A stretch of DNA of 64,000 bases. It comes from Thermoproteota archaeon (GTDB lineage: Archaea > Thermoproteota > Thermoprotei > Gearchaeales > Gearchaeaceae). The notes below the pieces were generated by a model. It saw nothing but the letters and a program-made list of their open reading frames with translations. It was not told where the DNA came from and ran no database searches. Below, piece after piece: positions 48,076-58,650 of this stretch (position 1 is the stretch's first letter; each line of letters starts with the position of its first letter). The DNA lies in contig JAVVGF010000001.1 of the NCBI GenBank assembly GCA_032249235.1, positions 96,001 to 160,000 of the forward strand, written 5' to 3'. A program made the position numbers and the translations under genes.

Positions 48076-50501
48076 GGATTCATAAAATTTCTCTAGAAAA
48101 TTTTGCAAGTTATAATAAGGAATCTTTAGATATTGATAGCTTAGGCAGTATCATAAACGTTTTTGGTTCAACAGGTGCAGGTAAAACTACTTTGCTTGTA
48201 GATTCTATTTCTTTTTGTCTTTTTGGCAAAGCATATGGCGAAGATGAAATAAGCTCAGGTAAAAGAGTAATAAGACCTAATCAAGGAAAAGCAAAGGCTG
48301 AAATAGAATTCAGTATTGATGACAAAAGATATAAAATCATAAGAGAAGTCTATAAAGATGCAACTTCTAAAGTACTTCTTCTAGAAAGAATAGAAAACGA
48401 ATGGCGAAACAAGGCAATAGGAACAAAAGAAGTCCAAAACTTTGTAGAAAACGTGCTCAATATGGATTATGATATTTTTCTTAACAGCATTGCAATAAGA
48501 CAAGGTGATGTGGTATCTCTCCTTGAAGCTACTGCTTCTGAAAGAAGAGAAATATTTTTAAAACTTCTTAACTTGGATTTCAAGAAAGAAAAAGAGAAAG
48601 TTGGAGAGTTAAGAGATAAGATTAAAGGTGATATACAAAACATAACAGGAAGGATTTATCAAATTAATGAAGAAATTAAAAAAGAAGAAGATATCAAAAA
48701 AGATATTAAAGATCTTGTAGATCAATTGAAGATATTAAATGAATATAGAGTCAAAATAGAAAATGAAATAAGTGAATTAGAAAAACAATTTTTAGAAAAA
48801 CAAAATAAATATAATGATTTAAAGACAAAGTTAGAAATCTATTATGAAAATAAAAGATTATATGATGAAAAAAAGAAAAAAGAACAAGAATATTTAAAAG
48901 AGATAGAAAATGTTGAATTAATTCTTAAAGAAGGAAACAAATTACAAACCACACTTAGTGAACTAACAGATAAACTATCCAAATTAAATAAATTTAAGGA
49001 AATTCTTGTTAATTTGAAGTTTTTGGTTGAAAGAGAAAAGTCATTACAAAAAGATATTATTAAATTGGAAGAAGAACTGAAAGAAATTGAAAATGCAGAA
49101 AAAGAATTAAGAGAAGTAAATGAGAAGAAATTGAAACTAAATGAGCTTGATAAAGAAATTGAAAAAATAAAATCAGATGCAGATAATTGCATGCGCGATT
49201 TAAGCGAGATAAAGGCTAAATTGGAGCAAGTAAAAAGGCTTAAGGAAGCTTTAGAAAATGCAAATATTGAAGAAAGAAGATGCCCGTTATGTGGTTCTCC
49301 TTTAAACGAGGAGACTTTCGATGAACTTTTCCATCATTTTATCGAAGAAGAATCGAAACTTAAAGAAGAGTACACAAAGAAAATAACTTACAAGGTAGAA
49401 TTAGATAAGAAAAAGGAAAAATTAGAGAAAGAAAGAGATGTTTTGAACAAATTTATAGCTAAGGAAGACTATCTTAAAAAAATAATTAATAAAAAAGATA
49501 AGAATAATATAATTAAAGAGATAAATACAAAGGAAGAAGAACTTAAGAAAATTTCTCAAGATATCAATAATTACAAAGAAGATGAATTATATATTCAATT
49601 TAAAGATTATCAAAATAATATAGATGAAGTGATTAACAAAACTGAAGAATTAAGAGAACAAGTAGAAAATGATTTAAGAAATTTAAGTAAAGCTGAAGGT
49701 AGGAAAAGAGAAATAGTAAAAAGTTTAGAGGATATTCGCAAGGAAATCGCATTGCTTGAAGAGAAATTTAAGGAAAAGCCTGATGAGAATTTGATTAGAT
49801 CATTGGAAGATGAGCTCAAGAAATTAGAATCGTTAAGAAAAGATTTAGATAAAAAAATCAATGAAATCGCTAGGGGTATTGGAGAGATAAATGGAAAAAT
49901 CAAAGAGAAGGAAGACATTCTTAAAAAAATAGAAGAATATAAATTTGAGAAGGAAAAATTAGAAAAGGAATTAGAAAATAAAAATAAAAGACTAGAGATT
50001 TTAAACGTTCTCTACAGTGATATTTTCAATGAAAGAGGTTTCCCATTAAGTTTGCTAGACGATTATTTAAACGATTTAAATCAAATTGCAAATTCAGAAT
50101 ATCTTGCACCGCTTTTGAAAAATAAGAGAGTAGAAATAAAAAGAGTAGAAGATAAAATAGAAATAAAAGTATTCGACGATATTTACGAACGAGACCTTTC
50201 AACTTATTCAGGTGGAGAAAAAACCGCTATAGGTTTTGCTTTGAGATTGGCGATAGCTAAAACTCTTACATTGAGGAGAGGAATATCTCCAAAATTTTTA
50301 ATCATCGATGAAGGATTTGGTCCTTTAAGCTTAGAAATTCGAGATCTTATCTTAAGATTGATTTTGAATCTAAAAGATGAGTATGAAAAAATATTTGTAG
50401 TTTCACATCTTGAAGATATTCAAGAAAATCCTATATTTGATTCAGTGATTAGAATATACAAAGATGAAAATAATGTAAGCCATATCGAAAAAATAAAGTA
50501 A
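48072..50501 (+). CDS. rad50: Rad50/SbcC ATPase
   Basis: G.TGAGKTT, RQGD Q-loop, coiled coils around CPLCG zinc hook, YSGGE, IDEGFG, VSH. Confidence 0.94.
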   Translation: MRIHKISLENFASYNKESLDIDSLGSIINVFGSTGAGKTTLLVDSISFCLFGKAYGEDEISSGKRVIRPNQGKAKAEIEFSIDDKRYKIIREVYKDATSKVLLLERIENEWRNKAIGTKEVQNFVENVLNMDYDIFLNSIAIRQGDVVSLLEATASERREIFLKLLNLDFKKEKEKVGELRDKIKGDIQNITGRIYQINEEIKKEEDIKKDIKDLVDQLKILNEYRVKIENEISELEKQFLEKQNKYNDLKTKLEIYYENKRLYDEKKKKEQEYLKEIENVELILKEGNKLQTTLSELTDKLSKLNKFKEILVNLKFLVEREKSLQKDIIKLEEELKEIENAEKELREVNEKKLKLNELDKEIEKIKSDADNCMRDLSEIKAKLEQVKRLKEALENANIEERRCPLCGSPLNEETFDELFHHFIEEESKLKEEYTKKITYKVELDKKKEKLEKERDVLNKFIAKEDYLKKIINKKDKNNIIKEINTKEEELKKISQDINNYKEDELYIQFKDYQNNIDEVINKTEELREQVENDLRNLSKAEGRKREIVKSLEDIRKEIALLEEKFKEKPDENLIRSLEDELKKLESLRKDLDKKINEIARGIGEINGKIKEKEDILKKIEEYKFEKEKLEKELENKNKRLEILNVLYSDIFNERGFPLSLLDDYLNDLNQIANSEYLAPLLKNKRVEIKRVEDKIEIKVFDDIYERDLSTYSGGEKTAIGFALRLAIAKTLTLRRGISPKFLIIDEGFGPLSLEIRDLILRLILNLKDEYEKIFVVSHLEDIQENPIFDSVIRIYKDENNVSHIEKIK

Positions 50502-50563
50502 ATAATTACATAGCAATGCCAATCAAGGTATAGCTTAATATAATCTGATTTCGAAATTAGAAT

Positions 50564-52009
50564 ATGAAAGGTTCTATTATAGGAAATGAAGTTGTAATAA
50601 GAGATAGAACTTATGACGTAATAAATCCTGCAAATGAAGAAGTTATTGAAAAAATATCGCTCGCGACACCTGATGATGTTAAGAATGCTGTTGAAGTTGC
50701 AAAAAGAGCATTTGAAACGTGGTCAACGACTCCTTTATACAAAAGAATTGAAATGTTGTATAAAATTGCAGATTACATAAGCTCAAATAGAGAAGAATTT
50801 GCGAAAATCCTCTCACTTGAGGCGGGTAAACCGATTAGAGATGCAAGAGTAGAAGCGATGAGGACTGAAAAAGTATTTAGATACTCAGCAGAAGCTGCGC
50901 GTTTTCTTTTAACAGGTGAAACACCAAGACTTGATGCCTTTGAATATCCTTTGGGAAATGAAAATAGAATTGCGATGATAAAAAGAGAACCTATGGGTGT
51001 AGTTGTAGCTATAACACCTTTCAACTTTCCTTTAAATTCTTTTGCTCATAAAGTAGCACCTGCTTTAGCTGTAGGAAATACTGTTGTTGTAAAGCCTAGT
51101 CTGTCAACGCCTCTTTCTGCATTAAATTTAACAAGCGTTATGCTTAAGCTAGGTTTGCCTCCTGGCGTAGTAAATGTAGTTGCAGGATATAGCAGTGAAA
51201 TAGGCGACTTACTCGTAACCCATGAAGATGTTAGCTTGATAACTTTCACAGGTTCAACTGAAACAGGTCTTAAAATTGCCTCGAAAGCTGCAGGTCTTTC
51301 AAAAAGAATGATTATGGAACTAGGAGGTTCGGATCCTATGATTATATTAGATGATGCTGATGTTGAAAGAGCAAGTGCTGTTGCTACAAGAGCTAGATTC
51401 GAATATGCAGGTCAAAATTGCAATGCTGCAAAAAGAATAATTGTTCAAGAGAAGGTCTTTGACACGTTCATTGAAAAGTTTAAAATTAAAGCTTCAAGTT
51501 TGAAGCTTGGTAATCCTTTAGATGAGAATACTGATGTAGGTCCTTTGATAAGCGCTGAAGCAATTAAGAACATGGAAAGATTTATCGAAGATGCTTTGAA
51601 CAAAGAATCTGAGCTAGTAATAGGAGGTAAGAGAGCATATCCAAGAGGTTTCTTCTTTTTGCCTACTGTAATAAAAGCCTCTACACCTGATTTGAAAGCT
51701 CTTCAAGAAGAGGTTTTCGGTCCTGTAGCTCCAGTTGTTAAAGTGAAAGATGAAGAAGAAGCAATAGCAATTGCGAATAAAACGAAATATGGATTGCAGG
51801 CTGCAATATTTACAAGAGATTATAAAAAGGCATTGAAAATGGCTGAAAAAATAAAGGCAGGAGCTGTCATAATAAACGATAGCACTAGGTTAAGATGGGA
51901 TGCTCTTCCTTTTGGAGGAGTAAGATTTACAGGCTTCGGTAGAGAAGGTGTTAAATATACAATGCAAGAAATGACTGAAATTAAATTAGTAGCACTTAAC
52001 CTTGAGTAG
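50564..52009 (+). CDS. NAD(P)-dependent aldehyde dehydrogenase
   Basis: ITPFNFP, FTGS, ELGG, GQNC, EEVFGP, PFGG. Confidence 0.95.
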   Translation: MKGSIIGNEVVIRDRTYDVINPANEEVIEKISLATPDDVKNAVEVAKRAFETWSTTPLYKRIEMLYKIADYISSNREEFAKILSLEAGKPIRDARVEAMRTEKVFRYSAEAARFLLTGETPRLDAFEYPLGNENRIAMIKREPMGVVVAITPFNFPLNSFAHKVAPALAVGNTVVVKPSLSTPLSALNLTSVMLKLGLPPGVVNVVAGYSSEIGDLLVTHEDVSLITFTGSTETGLKIASKAAGLSKRMIMELGGSDPMIILDDADVERASAVATRARFEYAGQNCNAAKRIIVQEKVFDTFIEKFKIKASSLKLGNPLDENTDVGPLISAEAIKNMERFIEDALNKESELVIGGKRAYPRGFFFLPTVIKASTPDLKALQEEVFGPVAPVVKVKDEEEAIAIANKTKYGLQAAIFTRDYKKALKMAEKIKAGAVIINDSTRLRWDALPFGGVRFTGFGREGVKYTMQEMTEIKLVALNLE

Positions 52010-53705
52010 ATTTAAGTTCTTTTTCTATCAAAGCTCTCTTTAATATTTTTCCGACTAAACTTTTAGGCAAATCTTCTTCGAATGAAATTTTTTTAGGTAC
52101 TTTATAAGGTGCTAATTTATCTTTCAAATAATTCAATATTTCTTCTTCGCTGACTTTTCCTTTATATTCTCCTTTAAGAACTATATATGCTTTGACAATT
52201 TCCCCTACTACTGGGTCTGGAATTCCTACAACTGCAGCTTCTTTCACTGCAGGATGCTGATATAAGATTTCTTCAATTTCTCTGGGATAAACAGAATATC
52301 CTTTATACTTAATTATTTCTTTCTTTCTATCAACTATGTAAAAATATCCTTCTTCATCCATTTTAGCCATATCTCCTGTTCTTAACCATCTTATTCCTCC
52401 ATATTCAAAGAATACATCTTTATTTTCTTCACTTCTTAAGTATCCTTTCATAACTTGTGGTCCTGCTACAATTAATTCGCCTATTTCTCCAACTTTTAAC
52501 AATTTATTTTCTTCAGGATGAGCTATTGCAGCAAGCGTATTTGGAACAGGTATTCCAATTGAACCTTCTTTATATTTGCCTTTTATTGGATTGCAATGAG
52601 TAACTGGACTTGCTTCAGTCAATCCATATCCTTCTCTTAATTTTCCTCCTGTTAGTGCTTCAAACTTTTTAAGAACTTCTACAGGCAAAGCTGCTGCTCC
52701 GCTAATACAAACTTCTATGCTTTTTAAGCTATATTTCTTAGCATAAGGTGAATTAATTATAGCATTGTATAATGTTGGTACACCAGGTAAAAGATTTACC
52801 TTGTATTTTTGTACGTTTTCAAAAAGAGCCTTGAGATCCAATCTTGGCATCAAGACAATCGTAGCTGCTCTTAGTATTCCTAGATTCATAACTACAGTTT
52901 GTGCATAAATATGGAAGAAGGGAAGAACTGCTAGTATAACATCCTTTGCTTCTCTTTTCTCAACCAACTCACCGGCTTGATATGCATTGGCAAGTAAATT
53001 ATAATGAGTTAGCACTGCAGCTTTAGGAATTCCAGTAGTTCCACCTGTATACATGTAAGCTGCAGGATCGTTTATAGGATCTATACTTAGAGGCTCATAT
53101 TTTCCTCCTTTGTTTAATAAATCAACAAATCTCAAAGTATTTTCATCGTATGTTACTTTAACTCTGAATTCCTTTTTTAATGGATATAATAATCTTTTAA
53201 TTCCCTTTAAGTAATCTCTAATGCTCGTTACTATTACCTTTTGTAAATCAGTTTTTGCTCTTATTTCTTCCAAATTCTTATAAGCTAAATCCAATACGAT
53301 TGCAATCTTAGCACCTGAGTTATTAATTATATACTCAAGTTCAGCAGGTTTGTAAAGGGGATTTATAGGATTTACTATTGCTCCGATTTTCAATGTCGCA
53401 TAGTATGCGATAACGAATTGTGGAGAATTAGGTAATATTAAGCTTACAACATCTCCTTTTTTTACACCAAGCTCGCTTAAAGCACCTGCAAATCTTTCAA
53501 CTGATTCTTTTAAATCTTTATATTTTATTGTATTTCCGAAGAAAATTAAAGCATTATGATCTGGATATTTCTTTGCAGACTCATCTAAAATTGAATATAA
53601 CGGTCTAGGTTCTATTTTTATTTCAGGAGAAACCCCTTCATCATAAAACTTTATCCATGGTTTTGATAAAATAAATTCAAGAATTTCATCTTTCAATTCT
53701 TGCAT
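51996..53705 (-). CDS. fadD: Long-chain fatty-acid--CoA ligase
   Basis: YTGGTTGIPK, EGYGLTEASP, TGD, DRKK, LPKS.VGK. Confidence 0.92.
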   Translation of the reverse strand: MQELKDEILEFILSKPWIKFYDEGVSPEIKIEPRPLYSILDESAKKYPDHNALIFFGNTIKYKDLKESVERFAGALSELGVKKGDVVSLILPNSPQFVIAYYATLKIGAIVNPINPLYKPAELEYIINNSGAKIAIVLDLAYKNLEEIRAKTDLQKVIVTSIRDYLKGIKRLLYPLKKEFRVKVTYDENTLRFVDLLNKGGKYEPLSIDPINDPAAYMYTGGTTGIPKAAVLTHYNLLANAYQAGELVEKREAKDVILAVLPFFHIYAQTVVMNLGILRAATIVLMPRLDLKALFENVQKYKVNLLPGVPTLYNAIINSPYAKKYSLKSIEVCISGAAALPVEVLKKFEALTGGKLREGYGLTEASPVTHCNPIKGKYKEGSIGIPVPNTLAAIAHPEENKLLKVGEIGELIVAGPQVMKGYLRSEENKDVFFEYGGIRWLRTGDMAKMDEEGYFYIVDRKKEIIKYKGYSVYPREIEEILYQHPAVKEAAVVGIPDPVVGEIVKAYIVLKGEYKGKVSEEEILNYLKDKLAPYKVPKKISFEEDLPKSLVGKILKRALIEKELKSTQG

Positions 53706-53735
53706 ATGTAAAAATAAAAAATAAAATTAAAAAAT

Positions 53736-54197
53736 TTAAGAAGTTGCAGTTAAAAGCACAACGTTTTGCATTTTACCATTTAGAGCGTGCCAAGGACCAC
53801 AGAAATATAGACAGTTAATTTTATACGTTCCTGCAACATTAAGTGTTATAACTGTATCTGTAGTTCCACCAACATTAGTAGCTAAGGATGCTATTTGATT
53901 ACCATTAGGATCAAGAATTGCAAATCCATGAGGTCCTTTAGGATAATCAGTATAATTCACGTTTAAAACTATTTTTATTCTATCACCTACTTTAAATGTT
54001 TGATTTGCAGGTGTTACGATCCAATAAAGTTCAGATTGATCACCTGAACCTCCTGCATGCCCAACATAAACTGTCAATGTAGCTTTGGGTGGTGCTTGTT
54101 GCATTAAACTTAAAAAATACCCAGCTATTCCTGCTACAGCAATAATTACTACGATAATAACTATTAGCAGTGTTCTAGAAATTGCTTTTATGTTCAT
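53736..54197 (-). CDS. Membrane-anchored cupredoxin (CuA-like ligand set)
   Basis: N-terminal TM/signal; HGF ... C-x3-C-x3-H ... M. Confidence 0.8.
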   Translation of the reverse strand: MNIKAISRTLLIVIIVVIIAVAGIAGYFLSLMQQAPPKATLTVYVGHAGGSGDQSELYWIVTPANQTFKVGDRIKIVLNVNYTDYPKGPHGFAILDPNGNQIASLATNVGGTTDTVITLNVAGTYKINCLYFCGPWHALNGKMQNVVLLTATS

Positions 54198-54248
54198 AAG
54201 AAAAAAGATATGTTTGGGTTTATTAATCTATCTATACAGATATATATA

Positions 54249-55622
54249 ATGTTAGAATTATCATATTCAGCTGGAACGATCATAGTTAGAGGTGATCATG
54301 ATTTTGACTTATCATTGCTATCTTTCTTGACATATGATCCTAGAATTGATTCCTATCGTTGTTATGCTTGCAAATATGAAGAATTAATAAAATATCTGAA
54401 TGAGAGAAAAATTTCCTATGTTGATAACGTCTTAAAACCTATTGAGGGAAATATTATACAAAAAAAGGATTTATCTTTAAAAGAATATCAAGAAGAAGCT
54501 CTTGAAGCATGGTTATTGAATAATAAAAAAGGAATAGTAGTCTTACCTACAGGAACAGGTAAGACATTTGTTGGTCTTGCAGCAATATCAAATGTTCGAG
54601 CTCCTACATTAATCGTTGTTCCAACTTTAGAATTGATGGAGCAATGGTATTGGAGAGTTAAAGAATTCTTCGATGTAAGCATTGGTAGATTCGGCGGCGG
54701 ATATAAAGAAATAGAGTATATAACTATCATAACATACGACTCTGCATACATCAACGCTGAGTATATAGGAAACAAGTTTGAATTAATGATCTTTGATGAG
54801 GTTCATCATTTACCAAGCGAAGGTTTTAGACAAATAGCTTTGCTATCAGCTTCTCCTTATAGGCTAGGTCTGACTGCTACTCCTGAAAGAGAAGATGGAC
54901 TTCATGAGCTTTTGCCAAGTCTAGTTGGGGATATTGTTTATCGAAGAAGTGTAGTTGAAATGAAAGGTAAGTATCTTGCTCCTTTTGAAATAGTAAGATA
55001 TTACGTAGATTTAAGTGAAGAGGAACGAAAAAAATATGAAGAATTGAGAAAGAAATTTAAGAAATTTTTCGATGAGCATGGAATTAAGCTTGATAGTCTT
55101 GAAGATTTTTATCAAATGATTCTTAAGAGCGGAAAAGATAGGAAAGCAAGGGAAGCTTTAATTGCATGGAATGAGGCGAGAAAATTAGCTTTGAATGCAT
55201 CGAATAAATTAAATGCGTTGGAAAAGATTTTAGAAAAACATAAAGGTGAAAGGATAATAATATTTACTGAATATAACAGCTTTGCTAGATTAATTTCTAA
55301 AAAATATTTAATTCCTGAAATTACTTATCGTACTCCAGAAAAAGAAAGGATTATAACGATGGAAAGATTCAGAAAAGGCATTTATAATGTCCTGGTAACC
55401 AGTAAAGTTCTAGAAGAAGGTATCGATGTGCCTAGTGCGAATGTGGGAATTATATTAAGTGGAAGCGGAAGTAAAAGAGAATTCATTCAAAGATTGGGAA
55501 GAATATTAAGACCTATGAAAGACAAGAATGCGATACTTTATGAGATAGTTACAAGAAATACTTCAGAAGTCAACGTTTCTTATAGAAGAAGAAGGGAATT
55601 ACTAAGCGAATTCTTTGATTAA
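54249..55622 (+). CDS. xpb: XPB/Rad25 helicase
   Basis: YQ, LPTGTGKT, DEVHH, GLTATPER.DG, EGIDVP, QRLGR.LR; ATG at 54249 preferred. Confidence 0.94.
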   Translation: MLELSYSAGTIIVRGDHDFDLSLLSFLTYDPRIDSYRCYACKYEELIKYLNERKISYVDNVLKPIEGNIIQKKDLSLKEYQEEALEAWLLNNKKGIVVLPTGTGKTFVGLAAISNVRAPTLIVVPTLELMEQWYWRVKEFFDVSIGRFGGGYKEIEYITIITYDSAYINAEYIGNKFELMIFDEVHHLPSEGFRQIALLSASPYRLGLTATPEREDGLHELLPSLVGDIVYRRSVVEMKGKYLAPFEIVRYYVDLSEEERKKYEELRKKFKKFFDEHGIKLDSLEDFYQMILKSGKDRKAREALIAWNEARKLALNASNKLNALEKILEKHKGERIIIFTEYNSFARLISKKYLIPEITYRTPEKERIITMERFRKGIYNVLVTSKVLEEGIDVPSANVGIILSGSGSKREFIQRLGRILRPMKDKNAILYEIVTRNTSEVNVSYRRRRELLSEFFD

Positions 55623-56836
55623 TGCTAACTAGTGATTTATTAAGAGTAAAAATCATAAAAAATGAACATATACAACCATTATTCGTTGAAATAAATGAAG
55701 AGAATTTGTTTATTGCAGATACATTAATAGATTTATACCGCTCATCGGTATCTAAGAAAGTTTCTGATCTAGAAGATAAATTAAAAGAAATTGAATATAA
55801 TGCTGAAAGCTTAGGTTATGATTTCAAGCTATTTAGGGGTTTGAAGTCATTACTTGATAGAAGGCTTATAATAGAAGAGAACGATGAGAGCGATGCAATA
55901 AAAATAAGAGCTATGATTTTTGAATTAGTAAATCAACATTATAAAGGAATTATCTTAAAAGAAGAAGAAAAAGAAAGAATATTTTTACTTGTTTCCCAAA
56001 AAATCGGCAAGGCACCTGATAGAATAAAGGAAATATTTAATTCAATATATGAAGAAGAAAAAAAGATCAAAGACTTTCTAAACATTAATGCTGAAGATCT
56101 GCTTAGACAATATAATTTGTCTTTATTGCAGACTTTATTGTTCAAATGCAGAAAACTATTCGTCGATCTGGAAGTTAGCGGACATGAAATGAGGAATATA
56201 CTTTGGATGATTAAAAAGCTCAATTTACTTTTCTTAGCTGAGAAAAGTTATATTGGATTAAATTTAGCTATTGATGGTCCCGCTTCTGTAATTAAACAAA
56301 CCGAAAGATATGGCACACGTATTGCTAAATTATTGCCTCACTTATTCAAAGCAAGGAATTGGCATATAAGAGCATATATCGCTTATAAAATTAGGAATAA
56401 AAAGAAGATATTTAAGCTAGAATTATCCAGGCGAGAAGCTCAGAATTTATTACCTCATGTTATTAATGAGGAAATAGAGTATGATAGCTACGTTGAAGAA
56501 GATTTCTCCAAAAAATTTTATTCTATTGGAGGTGAATGGCAAATAATAAGAGAGCCTGAGCCGATATTAATAGGAAGAGATATTTTCATTCCTGATTTTG
56601 TATTGATAAAAAATGATAAGAAAGTTTATCTTGAAATTATGGGATTTTGGAGCGAAGATTATATTAAAAGGAAGATTGAAAAGCTGAAAAAATTGGCTGA
56701 TATCAATTTAATACTTGCAATAGATTCCTCTCTTGGAAATATTGAAATAAATAATCTTAATCCAAATATATACATTATAAAATATAATAGAAAAATTTCA
56801 ATAGCAGATATAATTAAAGTACTAAATAAATTTTAG
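55622..56836 (+). CDS. bax1: Bax1 nuclease (DUF790)
   Basis: ML..DLL, YNLSL.QTLLF, DGP.S.....RYG, DS.VE, REPE, IPDF...EI.GFW; downstream of xpb. Confidence 0.92.
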   Translation: MLTSDLLRVKIIKNEHIQPLFVEINEENLFIADTLIDLYRSSVSKKVSDLEDKLKEIEYNAESLGYDFKLFRGLKSLLDRRLIIEENDESDAIKIRAMIFELVNQHYKGIILKEEEKERIFLLVSQKIGKAPDRIKEIFNSIYEEEKKIKDFLNINAEDLLRQYNLSLLQTLLFKCRKLFVDLEVSGHEMRNILWMIKKLNLLFLAEKSYIGLNLAIDGPASVIKQTERYGTRIAKLLPHLFKARNWHIRAYIAYKIRNKKKIFKLELSRREAQNLLPHVINEEIEYDSYVEEDFSKKFYSIGGEWQIIREPEPILIGRDIFIPDFVLIKNDKKVYLEIMGFWSEDYIKRKIEKLKKLADINLILAIDSSLGNIEINNLNPNIYIIKYNRKISIADIIKVLNKF

Positions 56837-57775
56837 TTATTTTGTTTTCCTTTCCTTAATTTTCTTTATTAATATAGGCAAAAATTGATATAAGTCAGCT
56901 ACTATACAATAATCTGCATAATTGAATATGGGTGCGCTTTTTTCTTTATCTAAAGCAACAATTATTTTAGAATCTTGTATACCTCCAATATGCTGTGGGG
57001 CTCCTGAAATTCCAATCGCGAAATAAAGATTAGGTTTAATTATTTTTCCTGAAATTCCAATCCATCTATCTTCAGGTAGCCATTTGTAATCTGCTGCAAC
57101 AGGTCTTGAAGAACCAATTTGTGCATTAATTAACGAGGCAAGTTCTTCTGCAAGCTTCAAATCTTCTTTTTGTTTAAATCCTCTACCTACTCCTATTACT
57201 ATTTCAGCTTGTGAAATATCTACACCGCTTAAAGCTTTCTTTTCAACTTTTTCAAATTTAATGTTCGAAGCAGGCAATTCTTCTATGTATCTTATTTTAG
57301 TTTCGCTTTTAAGTTCAATATCTAATTTCTTTGAAGAAACAGTAAGAGCTATCGATTCCTTCTTGTTTATGGATATTTTGCTAATAGCTTTTCCTCCAAA
57401 AACTTTTCTTGTTAAAATTAAATTTTCTTCTTCGATATCAATTTGATAAACATCTGTGAACATCGGTAAGTTTAGATGCGCTGCTATTCTTGATATTATG
57501 TCATTATCGTTACTCGAAGAACTTCCAATAATATACTTGAAATTTTTATTAGTTACTTCATTCTTTAATATTGCTTCATACTGATCGAGAAGCGCTTTCT
57601 TCTTAATCAAAATTAGTTCATCTACTCCTTTATTAATGATTTCATCTTTGATTTCTGAATCTAAAGTTATCGCAACAAGATTTTGGCCTAATTTAGATTT
57701 GAGCAAATAAGCAAAGCTTAAAGGATATATAACTCGCTTTGGTTCATCTGAAAATACAATAATTGAAGAGCTCAT
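56837..57775 (-). CDS. etfA: Electron transfer flavoprotein alpha subunit
   Basis: GVGRG, G.SRP, IG.SG....P.LY.A.GISGA.QH, APIF..AD. Confidence 0.95.
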   Translation of the reverse strand: MSSSIIVFSDEPKRVIYPLSFAYLLKSKLGQNLVAITLDSEIKDEIINKGVDELILIKKKALLDQYEAILKNEVTNKNFKYIIGSSSSNDNDIISRIAAHLNLPMFTDVYQIDIEEENLILTRKVFGGKAISKISINKKESIALTVSSKKLDIELKSETKIRYIEELPASNIKFEKVEKKALSGVDISQAEIVIGVGRGFKQKEDLKLAEELASLINAQIGSSRPVAADYKWLPEDRWIGISGKIIKPNLYFAIGISGAPQHIGGIQDSKIIVALDKEKSAPIFNYADYCIVADLYQFLPILIKKIKERKTK

Positions 57776-58572
57776 ATTTTTATCACACCTTCTTCGAGCA
57801 ATTTATCTATCAATTTATCTGCTACTTCTTCAAGATTCTTTCCTTCAATAAATATTCTTTTTCTTTTCACTTGCAATGCTAAATATTCTTGTTTGATAGC
57901 TTTTTTATCCAAATTGACGCCTAACGATTTAAGATCATACTTAATCAAGGGTTTATTTTTAGCTTGTAGTATTTGTCTTAAAGTTGGTATTCTTGGTTGA
58001 TTTATCTCGCCTGTAACGCTTAATACACATGGCAATTTTACTCTTAATGTTTCTATTTCATATTCAGTACTTCTTTGAACGATTGCTTCTTCACCTTGAA
58101 TTTCTATTTTATTGACGAATGTAACTACAGGTATTCCAAGGAGGGTAGCTAATCTAGAAGCAAATTGTGAAGAAGTCGTATCTTGAGAATACTCGCCTGC
58201 TAAATATATATCGAAACTTCCTATTTTCTTTATTAAGCTACATGCAACAATAGCTGTTTCTCTCGTAGTAGCATTTACAACGTTATCATCTATTACTAAA
58301 TGAAATTCATCTGCCCCCATCGATAAGACTTCTCTTGCTATTTTTTCTGCATCTGAAATTCTTTTTTGAACCGGCCCCCAAGTTAATATAGAAAAAGCTG
58401 AAACCTTTCCTCCATATTTTTCTTTTATTCTTATAGCTTCTTCAACTGCATTTTTATCATATTCGCTTATCGCTAATGGAGTTTCTTCGATGTTGACTTT
58501 TCCTTCGCTTTCCATTTTCAATAAATTCAAGTTTAGAGCAGGCTTAACGAAGACTGCGATGTTGAATGGCAT
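57772..58572 (-). CDS. etfB: Electron transfer flavoprotein beta subunit
   Basis: IAVFVK, YD.NAVEEA, MGAD, G..S.D, NQPR.P; the real start is ATG at 58572 (MPFNIAV). Confidence 0.94.
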   Translation of the reverse strand: MPFNIAVFVKPALNLNLLKMESEGKVNIEETPLAISEYDKNAVEEAIRIKEKYGGKVSAFSILTWGPVQKRISDAEKIAREVLSMGADEFHLVIDDNVVNATTRETAIVACSLIKKIGSFDIYLAGEYSQDTTSSQFASRLATLLGIPVVTFVNKIEIQGEEAIVQRSTEYEIETLRVKLPCVLSVTGEINQPRIPTLRQILQAKNKPLIKYDLKSLGVNLDKKAIKQEYLALQVKRKRIFIEGKNLEEVADKLIDKLLEEGVIKI

Positions 58573-58650
58573 ATCTGCCTTATTATAAAACTGTTTTCTA
58601 TAAATATTTCGTAGAGTTAAGTTAATTACTAATAAAGAAGGAAATATCGT

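Noticed and set aside
48600-50000. Repetitive A/G-rich sequence and antisense Ser/Phe-rich ORFs
   Set aside because: Explained by the Lys/Glu-rich Rad50 coiled coil.
50502-50563. Possible second C/D sRNA (CTGA near 50545)
   Set aside because: No convincing box C or C'/D' at the right spacing; more likely the ALDH promoter.
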